A DNA stretch of 37,780 nucleotides from a virus (IMGVR_UViG_2541047682_000004), one strand, 5' to 3'. Numbered from the stretch's first letter, positions 8,875-17,053 are shown. Notes: a model not told the origin generated them from the letters alone. Program-made: numbers and translations.

Positions 8875-9897
8875 ATGCCCTGTATTTCGCTGTGGTATAA
8901 TAGTTGCGCAATTGATACAAGGGAGCGTTACATCGTGAAAATTGTTTTCGAGGTTAATGGAAAGAAAGTTCCACTAAAATCTTTAAAATACATAAGCAAA
9001 AAAGATCAACTCGAAGTAATGAAAAACTGGTTCTTTGAAAACTTTGAAGATCCGGCAAATGCTTGTCCGTATGAAAGTAGAGAAGGTGGCTATGCTTACA
9101 TATATGGCGGGCCGTATGATGCGAGCGAAGAACTACAATCCATCTTCGGTCAATATGTTAAATCTGAGTATATTGAGGAATTAGTAGATGAATTACAAAC
9201 ACAATGTTTTGACTGGTCTGGAAACTCAAATAATATAGATGATTGGTACGATGATGATATCTACGACGCTGTAACGTCTTCCGGTAATCCGTATTTAAAA
9301 TTCATTGATAATATCGATAAAATAAAAAAACTTGCAAAAGATAAAACTGAACAACAGCAAAAAAACCACTTGCTTAGTTTGCTCTACACGAATGTTATTA
9401 CAGCTTTGGAAACGCTTTATGTTGAGCTATTCATTAATTCTATAGAGAAAGATGATGTCTACATAGCCAATTGTATAGAAAAAGGTAAGACTGAATTTAA
9501 AGTAAGCAAAGATATTGCTGCGTTGCCTTTCAAGGGTGAACCCATCGAGAAAATTAGGGGAGAGCTAATCAGGTCAATCAAGGAACACTTGATCAGTGCA
9601 AGCTGGCATAGCACTAAAAAGGTAATCGACCGCTATGAAGCTACATTCGATATAAAAGTACAAAAAGACTGTCCGATAGAAGCTATTGAATTGGCAACCC
9701 TCAATCGAAATCACTTAGTGCATCGTGGTGGAAAGGATAAAGAAGGGAACCTCGTAGTGATTACAGACCAGGATCTTGAAACGCTGATTGAAAATGCATC
9801 GAACCTGGCAATTATGCTCTACAACAGTTTAAATGTAGCAACGAATAAAACCACCATTTTGCAACCAGATGACAAACCGTTCATTCATGAATTTTAA
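8875..9897 (+). CDS. hypothetical protein with C-terminal HEPN-like Rx4H motif (candidate RNase, accessory island gene A)
   Basis: ATG at 8875 with AGGAGG 6 nt upstream, in frame with ORF 8785..9897; AT-rich codon usage; C-terminal ..ATLNRNHLVHRGG.. (R-x4-H). Confidence 0.6.
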   Translation: MPCISLWYNSCAIDTRERYIVKIVFEVNGKKVPLKSLKYISKKDQLEVMKNWFFENFEDPANACPYESREGGYAYIYGGPYDASEELQSIFGQYVKSEYIEELVDELQTQCFDWSGNSNNIDDWYDDDIYDAVTSSGNPYLKFIDNIDKIKKLAKDKTEQQQKNHLLSLLYTNVITALETLYVELFINSIEKDDVYIANCIEKGKTEFKVSKDIAALPFKGEPIEKIRGELIRSIKEHLISASWHSTKKVIDRYEATFDIKVQKDCPIEAIELATLNRNHLVHRGGKDKEGNLVVITDQDLETLIENASNLAIMLYNSLNVATNKTTILQPDDKPFIHEF

Positions 9898-9912
9898 TAG
9901 CGCAGGTCATAC

Positions 9913-10914
9913 ATGGATATTCGCACACGAAAGACAAAATTTTTAGAGTCGTTAGATTCAACTGAAGTGATACGCAAAGCAGTAAGTCTCGCTATAGATT
10001 GCATTATTGATAATCATAATAGTAATGAAGATACCCCCTTAGTTATTACCAGCTATGATGATCTCTGTAGAATCCAGGTGCTAAATTATGTACAGGAGTT
10101 TTGCGAAGCTGCATTCCCTGATATGGATGAATATTACTTTAGTCCTAACATACTTCGCATCAACGGCAAGACTAGTGAAGAAGCTTGTATTAACTTAATT
10201 AAACTCTTAAGAAGTACAAAAGGCATGCTATTCTGGTCCGATGCCCCATCGTGGTTCGCTAGCCTCCCCGACGGATTATTCCATGTTGTTAACATTGATC
10301 AAAAAATCGTTACTCGCGGCCTTAATAAGAAAAACTCTAAGCCGACAATAATCAATAAAGATTACAGTGTAGATACACTACTATCAGAGCTATTTTTGAA
10401 TGGCGCACACATGGAGCAACCCAACGTACACAACGTTTCTGAGGGAAACATGAAGTTCTATGATGAATGCCATGCTGGATTAATCAGACCAATACCCGCT
10501 CCAATAGGCGCGTCATACGATGAAGAGATCACAATTAATTCTCCAGATTGGCAAAAGCTCGCGTGTGTAGCTTTACGCCGCTATCAGTCGAAGGAATGTC
10601 ATGACGGAATGCAATGGGATACAACCGATCATGGTTGGACTGATGTAATCGCGTATCCATTCGTCGAAGAAATACAATCAATGGATAATAGTGGTTATCG
10701 ACAATGTTTAGTTGGGCTGGTCACAATAAACAATTCAAATGCAAATTCTCCGTACCTATCTACCGTTTGGATACATCCATTTTATCGCAGGAGAGGGTTA
10801 TTAAGTAAGTTATGGCCAAAATTACAAGAGTTATATGGAAGTAACTTCGAAATTGAGCGACCTAATGAAAATATGAAAGCATTTCTGAAAAGTGCGAAAC
10901 ACGCAGATTACTAA
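9913..10914 (+). CDS. hypothetical protein with C-terminal GNAT-like acetyltransferase fold (accessory island gene B)
   Basis: 333 aa; starts 15 nt after gene A stop; C-terminal LVGLVTIN...STVWIHPFYRRRGLLSKLW resembles GNAT beta4/motif A; AT-rich. Confidence 0.55.
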   Translation: MDIRTRKTKFLESLDSTEVIRKAVSLAIDCIIDNHNSNEDTPLVITSYDDLCRIQVLNYVQEFCEAAFPDMDEYYFSPNILRINGKTSEEACINLIKLLRSTKGMLFWSDAPSWFASLPDGLFHVVNIDQKIVTRGLNKKNSKPTIINKDYSVDTLLSELFLNGAHMEQPNVHNVSEGNMKFYDECHAGLIRPIPAPIGASYDEEITINSPDWQKLACVALRRYQSKECHDGMQWDTTDHGWTDVIAYPFVEEIQSMDNSGYRQCLVGLVTINNSNANSPYLSTVWIHPFYRRRGLLSKLWPKLQELYGSNFEIERPNENMKAFLKSAKHADY

Positions 10915-11230
10915 TTTATGAATCAGTCTGTGGAGTTAGGGTTGGTGTCAACAAGTAGGGTAAGAGCCTCAACGTGATGCTATGCCGACCTGCTCCCTGA
11001 GAATTCACACAGAAGGCTGCTAGCAATGTCTGCAGATCGCTCAAAGCGGACTAGAAGGTTAGCTTGCGTCGGACTTGGCGTATTTAAAGAAGTGCTGGTG
11101 GTGACTGGTTGTTGTGTTCCATTTCTACAGAACAAAATCACAGAAACTATACCCAATAGTTATATTGAATCAATGATGAGACAGCCTCATATTTATCAGA
11201 ACTGGTGTACGTCCAATACAGGAGGTTGTC

Positions 11231-11320
11231 GTGCTGGTTCTCAAATGTGCGCTAGCTATTGCGGCTGTAATGGCAATTTATTGTCTTGCTGTTGTTCTTA
11301 TGGATCGCCTTTCTGATTGA
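11231..11320 (+). CDS. putative small hydrophobic peptide (29 aa, GTG start)
   Basis: AGGAGG at 11220-11225, 5-nt spacer, GTG at 11231; single predicted transmembrane helix (LVLKCALAIAAVMAIYCLAVVLM); overlaps Cys-rich ORF 11026..11316 in another frame. Confidence 0.25.
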   Translation: MLVLKCALAIAAVMAIYCLAVVLMDRLSD

Positions 11321-11339
11321 TTTTATATTGGCGAGGTGA

Positions 11340-11531
11340 CGGGAGTTAAGTAGAATTGCTGCGGGTGCTTGAGGCTATCTGCCTCAGGCATGAACACCAA
11401 AGGCAGATAGAGAAAAGCCCCAGTTAATATTACGCGTCCTGCAAGACGCTTAACATTAATCTGAGGCTCAATCTATGAACGGCAAATCTAGGTTAGCCTC
11501 TTACGTGCCGAAAGGCAAGGAGAAGCAGGCT
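11340..11531. promoter_or_regulatory. hok mRNA leader with stem-loops; expected location of the antisense sok-like RNA
   Basis: hairpin CTGAGGCTATCTGCCTCAG at about 11369-11390 and repeated TGAGGC before the hok start; by analogy with the hok/sok organisation. Confidence 0.4.
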
Positions 11532-11687
11532 ATGAAGCAGCAAAAGGCGATGTTAATCGCCCTGATCGTCATCTGTTTAACCGTCATAGTGACGGCACTG
11601 GTAACGAGGAAAGACCTCTGCGAGGTACGAATCCGAACCGGCCAGACGGAGGTCGCTGTCTTCACAGTTTACGAACCTGAGGAGTAA
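11532..11687 (+). CDS. hokD: Hok/Gef-family type I toxin (HokD/RelF-like)
   Basis: 51-aa product MKQQKAMLIALIVICLTVIVTALVTRKDLCEVRIRTGQTEVAVFTVYEPEE, near-identical to my recollection of E. coli HokD; in-frame upstream extension from 11475. Confidence 0.85.
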   Translation: MKQQKAMLIALIVICLTVIVTALVTRKDLCEVRIRTGQTEVAVFTVYEPEE

Positions 11688-11725
11688 GAGACCCGGCGAG
11701 GGAGAAATCCCTCGCCACCTCTGAT

Positions 11726-12133
11726 GTGTCAGGCATCCTCAACGCACCCGCACGTAACCCGCTTCGGCGGGTTTTGTTTTTTCCTGGCATTCTGGTTTAC
11801 AATTCGCACGCCAGCCTGAACAACTGGCACCTGCTGCGCCAGCAGAGACAACCGATGGCGCACGATACCAAATTACACAATTCTGATGATTCTGCCGTCT
11901 TTGCCAGCAGGCACGGGCGGCGTTCCCGCACTTTCAAATCTGACTGGTTCCAGCATCCCCCATGCACTGAAGAACAGGCCGAGTGGCTAATTCAGTGCTA
12001 CCGCAGACACGGATACGAGATTAAGAAAGCCCTCAGCCTCGATTATCGTCACTGGATAATCTCCGTCAGGCTTCCTTACTCCGAACGATCACCGCGTCCG
12101 TCCCGCACATTCCAGCAACGCATCTGGAGGTAA
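11726..12133 (+). CDS. hypothetical protein (start uncertain; alternative ATG at 11855)
   Basis: ORF only; no strong RBS at either start. Confidence 0.35.
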   Translation: MSGILNAPARNPLRRVLFFPGILVYNSHASLNNWHLLRQQRQPMAHDTKLHNSDDSAVFASRHGRRSRTFKSDWFQHPPCTEEQAEWLIQCYRRHGYEIKKALSLDYRHWIISVRLPYSERSPRPSRTFQQRIWR

Positions 12134-12134
12134 C

Positions 12135-13181
12135 GTGCGAGTATTACTTCGACCTGTTCTGGTACCGGAACTCGGGCTGGTGATCGTTAAGCCGGGCCGT
12201 GAATCCATGCCGGTATTCCACAATACCCGGGTACTGGTGGAGCCGGAACCGAAAAGCATGCGTAATCTGCCGTCCGGGGTTGTTCCTGCCGTTCGCCAGC
12301 CGCTAGTGGAAGACAAAACATTGCTGCCGTTTTTCAGTAACGCACGGGTGATTCGTGCTGCTGGTGGTGCTGGTGCATTGTCTGACTGGCTGTTGCGCCA
12401 TATTAAATCCTGCCAGTGGCCACACGGCGATTATCATCACAGCGAAACCGTCATTCACCGTTATGGTACCGGCGCAATGGTGTTGTGCTGGCACTGCGAC
12501 AACCAGCTGCGTGACCAGACATCCGAATCACTCGAGCAACTTGCTCATCAAAACCTGTCAGCATGGATGATTGACGTCATACTCCATGCAATGAATGGCT
12601 CGCAGGAACGGGAATTATCGCTGGCTGAATTATCCTGGTGGGCGGTCCGCAATCAGGTGGCGGACGCGCTACCGGAAGCGGTATTACGTCGTTCGCTGGG
12701 GTTGCGTGCGGAAAAAATCCGCTCAATGTACCGTGAAAGCGACATCGTACCGGGAGAGCAGACCGCCACCAGCATACTGAAGCAGCGCACAAAAAATCTT
12801 GCGCCGCTGCCTCACGCCCACCAGCAAAACCCGCCACAGGAAGAGACGGTGGTCAGCATTGCCGTTGATCCTGAGTCTCCGGAATCTTTCATGAAACGAC
12901 CTAAACGTCGCCGCTGGGTTAACGAGAAATACACACGCTGGGTGAAGACACAGCCGTGTGCGTGTTGTGGTAAGCCAGCCGACGATCCCCATCACCTGAT
13001 TGGTCATGGTCAGGGCGGAATGGGGACAAAATCTCACGATATTTTCACGCTACCGCTGTGTCGGGAGCATCACAACGAGCTTCATGCGGATCCTCTGGCG
13101 TTCGAAGAAAAGCATGGTTCTCAGGTTGATTTAATTTTTCGTTTTCTTGATCACGCCTTTGCAACTGGCGTGCTTGGGTAA
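12135..13181 (+). CDS. nin-region protein with Cys/His-rich zinc-finger and HNH-like C-terminal motif (DUF968-like)
   Basis: GTG start with GGAGGT RBS; CQWPHGDYHH...CWHCDNQ and C-terminal CACCGK..HHLIGHGQGG..LCREHHNELH. Confidence 0.55.
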   Translation: MRVLLRPVLVPELGLVIVKPGRESMPVFHNTRVLVEPEPKSMRNLPSGVVPAVRQPLVEDKTLLPFFSNARVIRAAGGAGALSDWLLRHIKSCQWPHGDYHHSETVIHRYGTGAMVLCWHCDNQLRDQTSESLEQLAHQNLSAWMIDVILHAMNGSQERELSLAELSWWAVRNQVADALPEAVLRRSLGLRAEKIRSMYRESDIVPGEQTATSILKQRTKNLAPLPHAHQQNPPQEETVVSIAVDPESPESFMKRPKRRRWVNEKYTRWVKTQPCACCGKPADDPHHLIGHGQGGMGTKSHDIFTLPLCREHHNELHADPLAFEEKHGSQVDLIFRFLDHAFATGVLG

Positions 13182-13193
13182 AAGAGGTGACTG

Positions 13194-13568
13194 ATGCTCA
13201 TAGATTTGGTTTTACCTTACCCGCCGACGGTGAACACTTACTGGCGACGCCGTGGCAGCACATATTTTATCTCGGAGGAGGGAAAGCGTTATCGCCGGGC
13301 TGTGGCGCTTATTGTTCGCCAGCAGCGGCTGAAATTAAGCCTGTCCGGAAGGCTGGCGATAAAGGTGATTGCAGAGCCACCGGATAAGCGTCGTCGCGAC
13401 CTGGACAATATCCTGAAAGCACCGCTGGATGCGCTGACGCATGCGGGAGTGTTAATGGACGATGAGCAGTTTGATGAAATCAATATCGTTCGTGGTCAGC
13501 CAGTATCTGGTGGACGTATGGGGGTGAAGATTTACCCCATAATGCATGAAGAGCAGGTCAAAAAATGA
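13194..13568 (+). CDS. rusA: RusA-family Holliday junction resolvase
   Basis: 124 aa; LPYPPTVNTYWRRRG and DKRRRDLDNILKAPLDAL match RusA signature; AAGAGGTGA RBS. Confidence 0.85.
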   Translation: MLIDLVLPYPPTVNTYWRRRGSTYFISEEGKRYRRAVALIVRQQRLKLSLSGRLAIKVIAEPPDKRRRDLDNILKAPLDALTHAGVLMDDEQFDEINIVRGQPVSGGRMGVKIYPIMHEEQVKK

Positions 13569-14386
13569 AACTGGAAGATTTACCGAAATACTACTCCCCA
13601 AAATCCCCTGGCCTGACCGATGCATCGGCCTCAACGTCAAAAGATGCGCTGAGTATCACTGATGTGATGGCCGCGCAGGGCATGACACAGAATCGGGCTG
13701 AGATGGGGTTTTCTGCGTTCCTGGGGAAAATGGGCATCAGTATGAATGACAGGGCGCGGGCAACAGAATTACTGGCAGATTATGCACTCAGTCGGTGCGA
13801 TCGTGTGGCGGCGTTGAGAAAACTTCCGGCAGAAATAAAACCGGTAGTGATGCGCATTATGGCTTCGTATGCGTTTGAAGATTATGCCCGTAGCGCGGCG
13901 AGCAAAAAACAGTGCCCTTGCTGTCACGGAAAAAAATTTATTGAAAGCGAGGTTTTTACAAACAAGATCCAGTATCCGGATGGTAAGCCACCAGTGTGGG
14001 CAAAGTGCACAAAAGGCGTGTATCCGTCTTACTGGGAAGAATGGAAAAAAGTCAGGGAGGTGGTAAAAGTTGCCTGTCCGGAGTGTGGCGGAAAGGGTGA
14101 GGTTTCCACCGCCTGTAAGGATTGCCGTGGGCGTGGTGTCGCCATTCATCGTGAAGAGTCGGTAAAACGTGGTATGCCTGTTATCAGAGATTGCCAGCGT
14201 TGTGGTGGTCGTGGCTGTGAAAGGCTGCCATCAACGGAGGCATTTAATGCCATATGCAAAGTGACGAGTGCTATCACGCTTGATACGTGGAAAAAATCAG
14301 TGAAACGCTTTTACGATACGTTGGTGGTTCGGTTTGACATTGAAGAGGCATGGGCGGAGCGGCAGTTAAAGAGGGTAACGCGATAG
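13565..14386 (+). CDS. Q: late-gene antiterminator Q (lambda Q family, with extra CxxC repeats)
   Basis: N-terminal similarity to lambda Q (YSPKSP..., DVMAAQGM, ASYAFEDYARSAA, CPCCHGKK); ATGA overlap with rusA stop; immediately upstream of a lambda-like PR'/tR'. Confidence 0.8.
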   Translation: MKLEDLPKYYSPKSPGLTDASASTSKDALSITDVMAAQGMTQNRAEMGFSAFLGKMGISMNDRARATELLADYALSRCDRVAALRKLPAEIKPVVMRIMASYAFEDYARSAASKKQCPCCHGKKFIESEVFTNKIQYPDGKPPVWAKCTKGVYPSYWEEWKKVREVVKVACPECGGKGEVSTACKDCRGRGVAIHREESVKRGMPVIRDCQRCGGRGCERLPSTEAFNAICKVTSAITLDTWKKSVKRFYDTLVVRFDIEEAWAERQLKRVTR

Positions 14387-14391
14387 TGTTG

Positions 14392-14440
14392 TTGATTTTT
14401 CCCGAATCTGTGGTAAATTTGCTCTAACGATGGGCGTTTT
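14392..14440 (+). promoter_or_regulatory. late promoter PR' with qut-like region
   Basis: TTGATT -35 (14392-14397), TGGTAAATT extended -10, then GCTCTAACGATGGGCG resembling the lambda PR' start region. Confidence 0.65.
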
Positions 14441-14466
14441 ATGCCTGACGTTAGAAGATTTTTTAC

Positions 14467-14491
14467 ACCCCGCCGCCTGGCGGGTTTTTTA
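14467..14491 (+). terminator. tR'-like intrinsic terminator
   Basis: CCCGCC-GCCT-GGCGGG hairpin followed by TTTTTT. Confidence 0.75.
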
Positions 14492-14610
14492 TGACTGAAA
14501 TCGCGTCAGTACAGTAAACGCGCTGGTGGCGGTGAATACCTGTCTTTCAGCTTGCTGGCTTTTTCGACAAGAGTTATTGGTGTGTCACGTTAACCGGAAA
14601 AGGAAAAGAC

Positions 14611-14808
14611 ATGCTAAAACAGCAGGATATGACAGAAACCGCCAGAGTGGTGTTTAATGAATTAAGCGTTACCGACCCGGCGACAGTCGGGGAGATAGCG
14701 CAGAATACTTACCTTTCACGCGAACGCTGCCAGTTAATACTGACTCAGCTGGTTATGGCGGGTCTGGCAGACTATCAGTTCGGTTGTTACAGACGCCTTC
14801 CGCAGTGA
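14611..14808 (+). CDS. hypothetical small protein (65 aa, possible winged-helix)
   Basis: ATG with AAGGAAAAG RBS; followed by an intrinsic terminator. Confidence 0.5.
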   Translation: MLKQQDMTETARVVFNELSVTDPATVGEIAQNTYLSRERCQLILTQLVMAGLADYQFGCYRRLPQ

Positions 14809-14822
14809 AGGCTTTTTTATTT
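14788..14822 (+). terminator. intrinsic terminator
   Basis: GCCTTC-CGCAGT-GAAGGC hairpin followed by TTTTTTATTT; overlaps the stop of the 65-aa ORF. Confidence 0.6.
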
Positions 14823-14958
14823 GTGGTAAATGGGCGGCTGGTGGGTGTTAGGGGCACCCACCAGCCATCTGCTCATGCGTCCGGATCACAAGCAAACCTC
14901 AGGCCCACTGCTTTGCGCAAAAGCAGAATGAGCCTATCAGAGACAGGCTTAATGATCC

Positions 14959-16008
14959 ATGCTTAATACTGTAAAAATATCCAGTTGTGAGTTAATCAAC
15001 GCCGACTGCCTGGAATTTATCCGGTCGTTACCCGAAAATTCTGTTGACCTGATAGTCACGGACCCGCCGTACTTTAAAGTGAAGCCTGAGGGCTGGGATA
15101 ACCAGTGGAAGGGCGACGATGATTACCTGAAGTGGCTGGACCAGTGTCTGGCGCAGTTCTGGCGGGTGCTGAAACCTGCCGGAAGTCTTTACCTGTTCTG
15201 TGGTCATCGCCTGGCATCTGATATCGAAATCATGATGCGTGAACGCTTCAGTGTGCTGAACCATATTATCTGGGCGAAGCCGTCCGGACGCTGGAACGGA
15301 TGCAACAAGGAAAGCCTGCGGGCGTATTTCCCCGCCACAGAGCGCATTCTGTTCGCGGAACATTATCAGGGGCCGTATCGTCCGAAAGATGCCGGGTATG
15401 CGGCGAAGGGCAGTGCACTGAAACAGCATGTGATGGCCCCGCTGATTTCTTACTTTCGTGATGCGCGCGCGGCCCTGGGGATAACGGCAAAACAGATTGC
15501 AGATGCCACAGGAAAGAAAAACATGGTGTCGCACTGGTTCAGTGCCAGTCAGTGGCAGCTACCGAATGAAAGCGATTATCTGAAATTACAGGCGCTGTTT
15601 GCCCGGGTGGCAGAAGAGAAGCATCGGCGTGGTGAACTGGAAAAGCTCCACCACCAGCTGGTGGATACGTATACCTCACTGAACCGGCAGTATGCGGAGC
15701 TGCTGAGTGAATATAAACATCTGCGGCGGTATTTTGGCGTGACGGTGCAGGTGCCGTATACCGATGTGTGGACGCATAAACCGGTGCAGTTCTATCCCGG
15801 GAAACATCCGTGCGAAAAACCGGCAGAAATGCTGCAGCAGATAATCAGCGCAAGTAGCCGTCCTGGTGATCTGGTTGCGGATTTTTTCATGGGGTCGGGT
15901 TCAACGGTAAAAGCGGCGATGGCACTGGGGCGTCGTGCGATTGGTGTTGAGCTGGAGACCGGACGTTTTGAGCAGACAGTCAGGGAAGTTCAGGATTTAA
16001 TCGTTTGA
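14959..16008 (+). CDS. orphan DNA methyltransferase (amino-MTase, DPPY motif; N6-adenine or N4-cytosine)
   Basis: 349 aa; motif IV IVTDPPYF near N-terminus and motif I-like FMGSGST near C-terminus; no adjacent restriction endonuclease ORF. Confidence 0.85.
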   Translation: MLNTVKISSCELINADCLEFIRSLPENSVDLIVTDPPYFKVKPEGWDNQWKGDDDYLKWLDQCLAQFWRVLKPAGSLYLFCGHRLASDIEIMMRERFSVLNHIIWAKPSGRWNGCNKESLRAYFPATERILFAEHYQGPYRPKDAGYAAKGSALKQHVMAPLISYFRDARAALGITAKQIADATGKKNMVSHWFSASQWQLPNESDYLKLQALFARVAEEKHRRGELEKLHHQLVDTYTSLNRQYAELLSEYKHLRRYFGVTVQVPYTDVWTHKPVQFYPGKHPCEKPAEMLQQIISASSRPGDLVADFFMGSGSTVKAAMALGRRAIGVELETGRFEQTVREVQDLIV

Positions 16009-16057
16009 AACGGATGAGATTGCAGAATTAATTACGCACCATTATTATTCTGCTCCC

Positions 16058-16133
16058 GGCCCTTTAGCTCAGTGGTGAGAGCGAGCGACTCATAATCGCC
16101 AGGTCGCTGGTTCAAATCCAGCAAGGGCCACCA
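16058..16133 (+). tRNA. ileZ: tRNA-Ile2 (anticodon CAT, ileX/ileZ-like) or tRNA-Met
   Basis: 76-nt cloverleaf folded by hand: 7-bp acceptor GGCCCTT/AAGGGCC, anticodon loop CTCATAA, T-loop TTCAAAT, encoded CCA; resembles E. coli ileX. Confidence 0.85.
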
Positions 16134-16140
16134 TCACATA

Positions 16141-16217
16141 CCGCCATTAGCTCATCAGGAAAGAGCGCCAGCCTTCGAAGCTGGTTGCGCGGAGTTCGGG
16201 TCCCCGAAGGCGGTCCA
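16141..16217 (+). tRNA. tRNA-like gene, possibly tRNA-Arg (anticodon TCG by position); degenerate
   Basis: cloverleaf possible with anticodon stem CCAGC/GCTGG and loop CTTCGAA, but acceptor and T-stem each have a mismatch and the T-loop is non-canonical (TTCGGGT); may be a pseudogene. Confidence 0.4.
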
Positions 16218-16230
16218 TTATCTGTATCCT

Positions 16231-16307
16231 GCGTTGTTAGCTCAGCCGGACAGAGCAATTGCCTTCTAAGCAATCGGTCACTGGTTCGAATCCAGTACAA
16301 CGCGCCA
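16231..16307 (+). tRNA. argO: tRNA-Arg (anticodon TCT, argU/argO-like)
   Basis: 77 nt; perfect 7-bp acceptor GCGTTGT/ACAACGC, anticodon loop CTTCTAA, T-loop TTCGAAT, encoded CCA. Confidence 0.85.
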
Positions 16308-16412
16308 CACTTATTTTCCCTGGCTCGCTTTTGCGGGCTTTTTTTTAAATGTCTCACAATTCAGGCGGTTGACTGTTGTCTGGTTTGCGGGGAGTTTGTT
16401 AAAAGAAACTGG

Positions 16413-16566
16413 CATGGTGAATCCCCCTGTGCGGAGGGGCAATCAGCGAGTAGGTATATGGGATAATCGCGGATTCAGGTGCTGGTACTGAATTCACCGG
16501 GAGGCACCCGGCACCATGCAATGGCACATAGCGCCACTCTCCAGCCCCTCTCCGGAGGGGCTTTTC
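16413..16566 (+). ncRNA. candidate structured small RNA, unit 1
   Basis: conserved 5' box CATGGTGAATCCCCCTGNGCGGAGGGGC, internal CACCGGGAGGCACCCGGCACCATG (complementary to the 5' CATGGTG), ends in GCCCCTC-TCCG-GAGGGGC plus T-run; upstream TTGACT and TGTTAAAAG. Confidence 0.3.
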
Positions 16567-16756
16567 TGTGCCGGATACATCACAGTTTCTGGAACCTTAG
16601 GTACTACAGTATCAGTCAGGGTGCTATATTTTCAGATGTGATGAAAGCCTGTCAGCAGGCAGGGCGTATCGGAAATGACCCAGTAGAGAAAACGTTGACT
16701 CAGATACCGGTGCTGAGTTACCGGGAAACCGGCATCACATGACCGCTATCCTTCCA

Positions 16757-16786
16757 GGCCCATCCGCTCCGGTGGGCCTTTTTACT
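16757..16786 (+). terminator. intrinsic terminator
   Basis: GGCCCATCCG-CTCC-GGTGGGCC hairpin followed by TTTTT. Confidence 0.55.
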
Positions 16787-16880
16787 GCAGAAAACAGGTT
16801 CCCCGTTAAATGCTATGTTGCTCACAATTCAGTAAGTTGACAGTTGCCTGTCAGACTGGGCATTTGTTAAAAAAATTTCG

Positions 16881-17053
16881 CATGGTGAATCCCCCTGAGC
16901 GGAGGGGCGACTGGTGACGGTATAATCTCTGATTATCAAAACGAGAATGACGCGGGTTTAGTGGCACCGGGCTGAACTCACCGGGAGGCACCCGGCACCA
17001 TGTGCATGATGATACAGATACGCGGCTTTAGCCCCTCTCCGGAGGGGTTTTCT
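16881..17053 (+). ncRNA. candidate structured small RNA, unit 2 (paralog of unit 1)
   Basis: same conserved 5' box, internal CACCGGGAGGCACCCGGCACCATG and terminal CCCCTC-TCCG-GAGGGG terminator, with a divergent middle; upstream CTCACAATTCAG..GTTGACA..TTTGTTAAAA as in unit 1. Confidence 0.3.

Noticed and set aside
11475-11531. mok-like upstream reading frame as a separate gene
   Set aside because: The extension is in frame with hok, not overlapping out of frame as classical mok; treated as part of the hok leader rather than annotated separately.
11694-11715. Hairpin after hok as an intrinsic terminator
   Set aside because: A GC stem is present but there is no downstream T-run; more likely the hok mRNA 3' fold-back element.
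16185-16466. 93-aa plus-strand ORF
   Set aside because: Overlaps the second and third tRNA genes; spurious.
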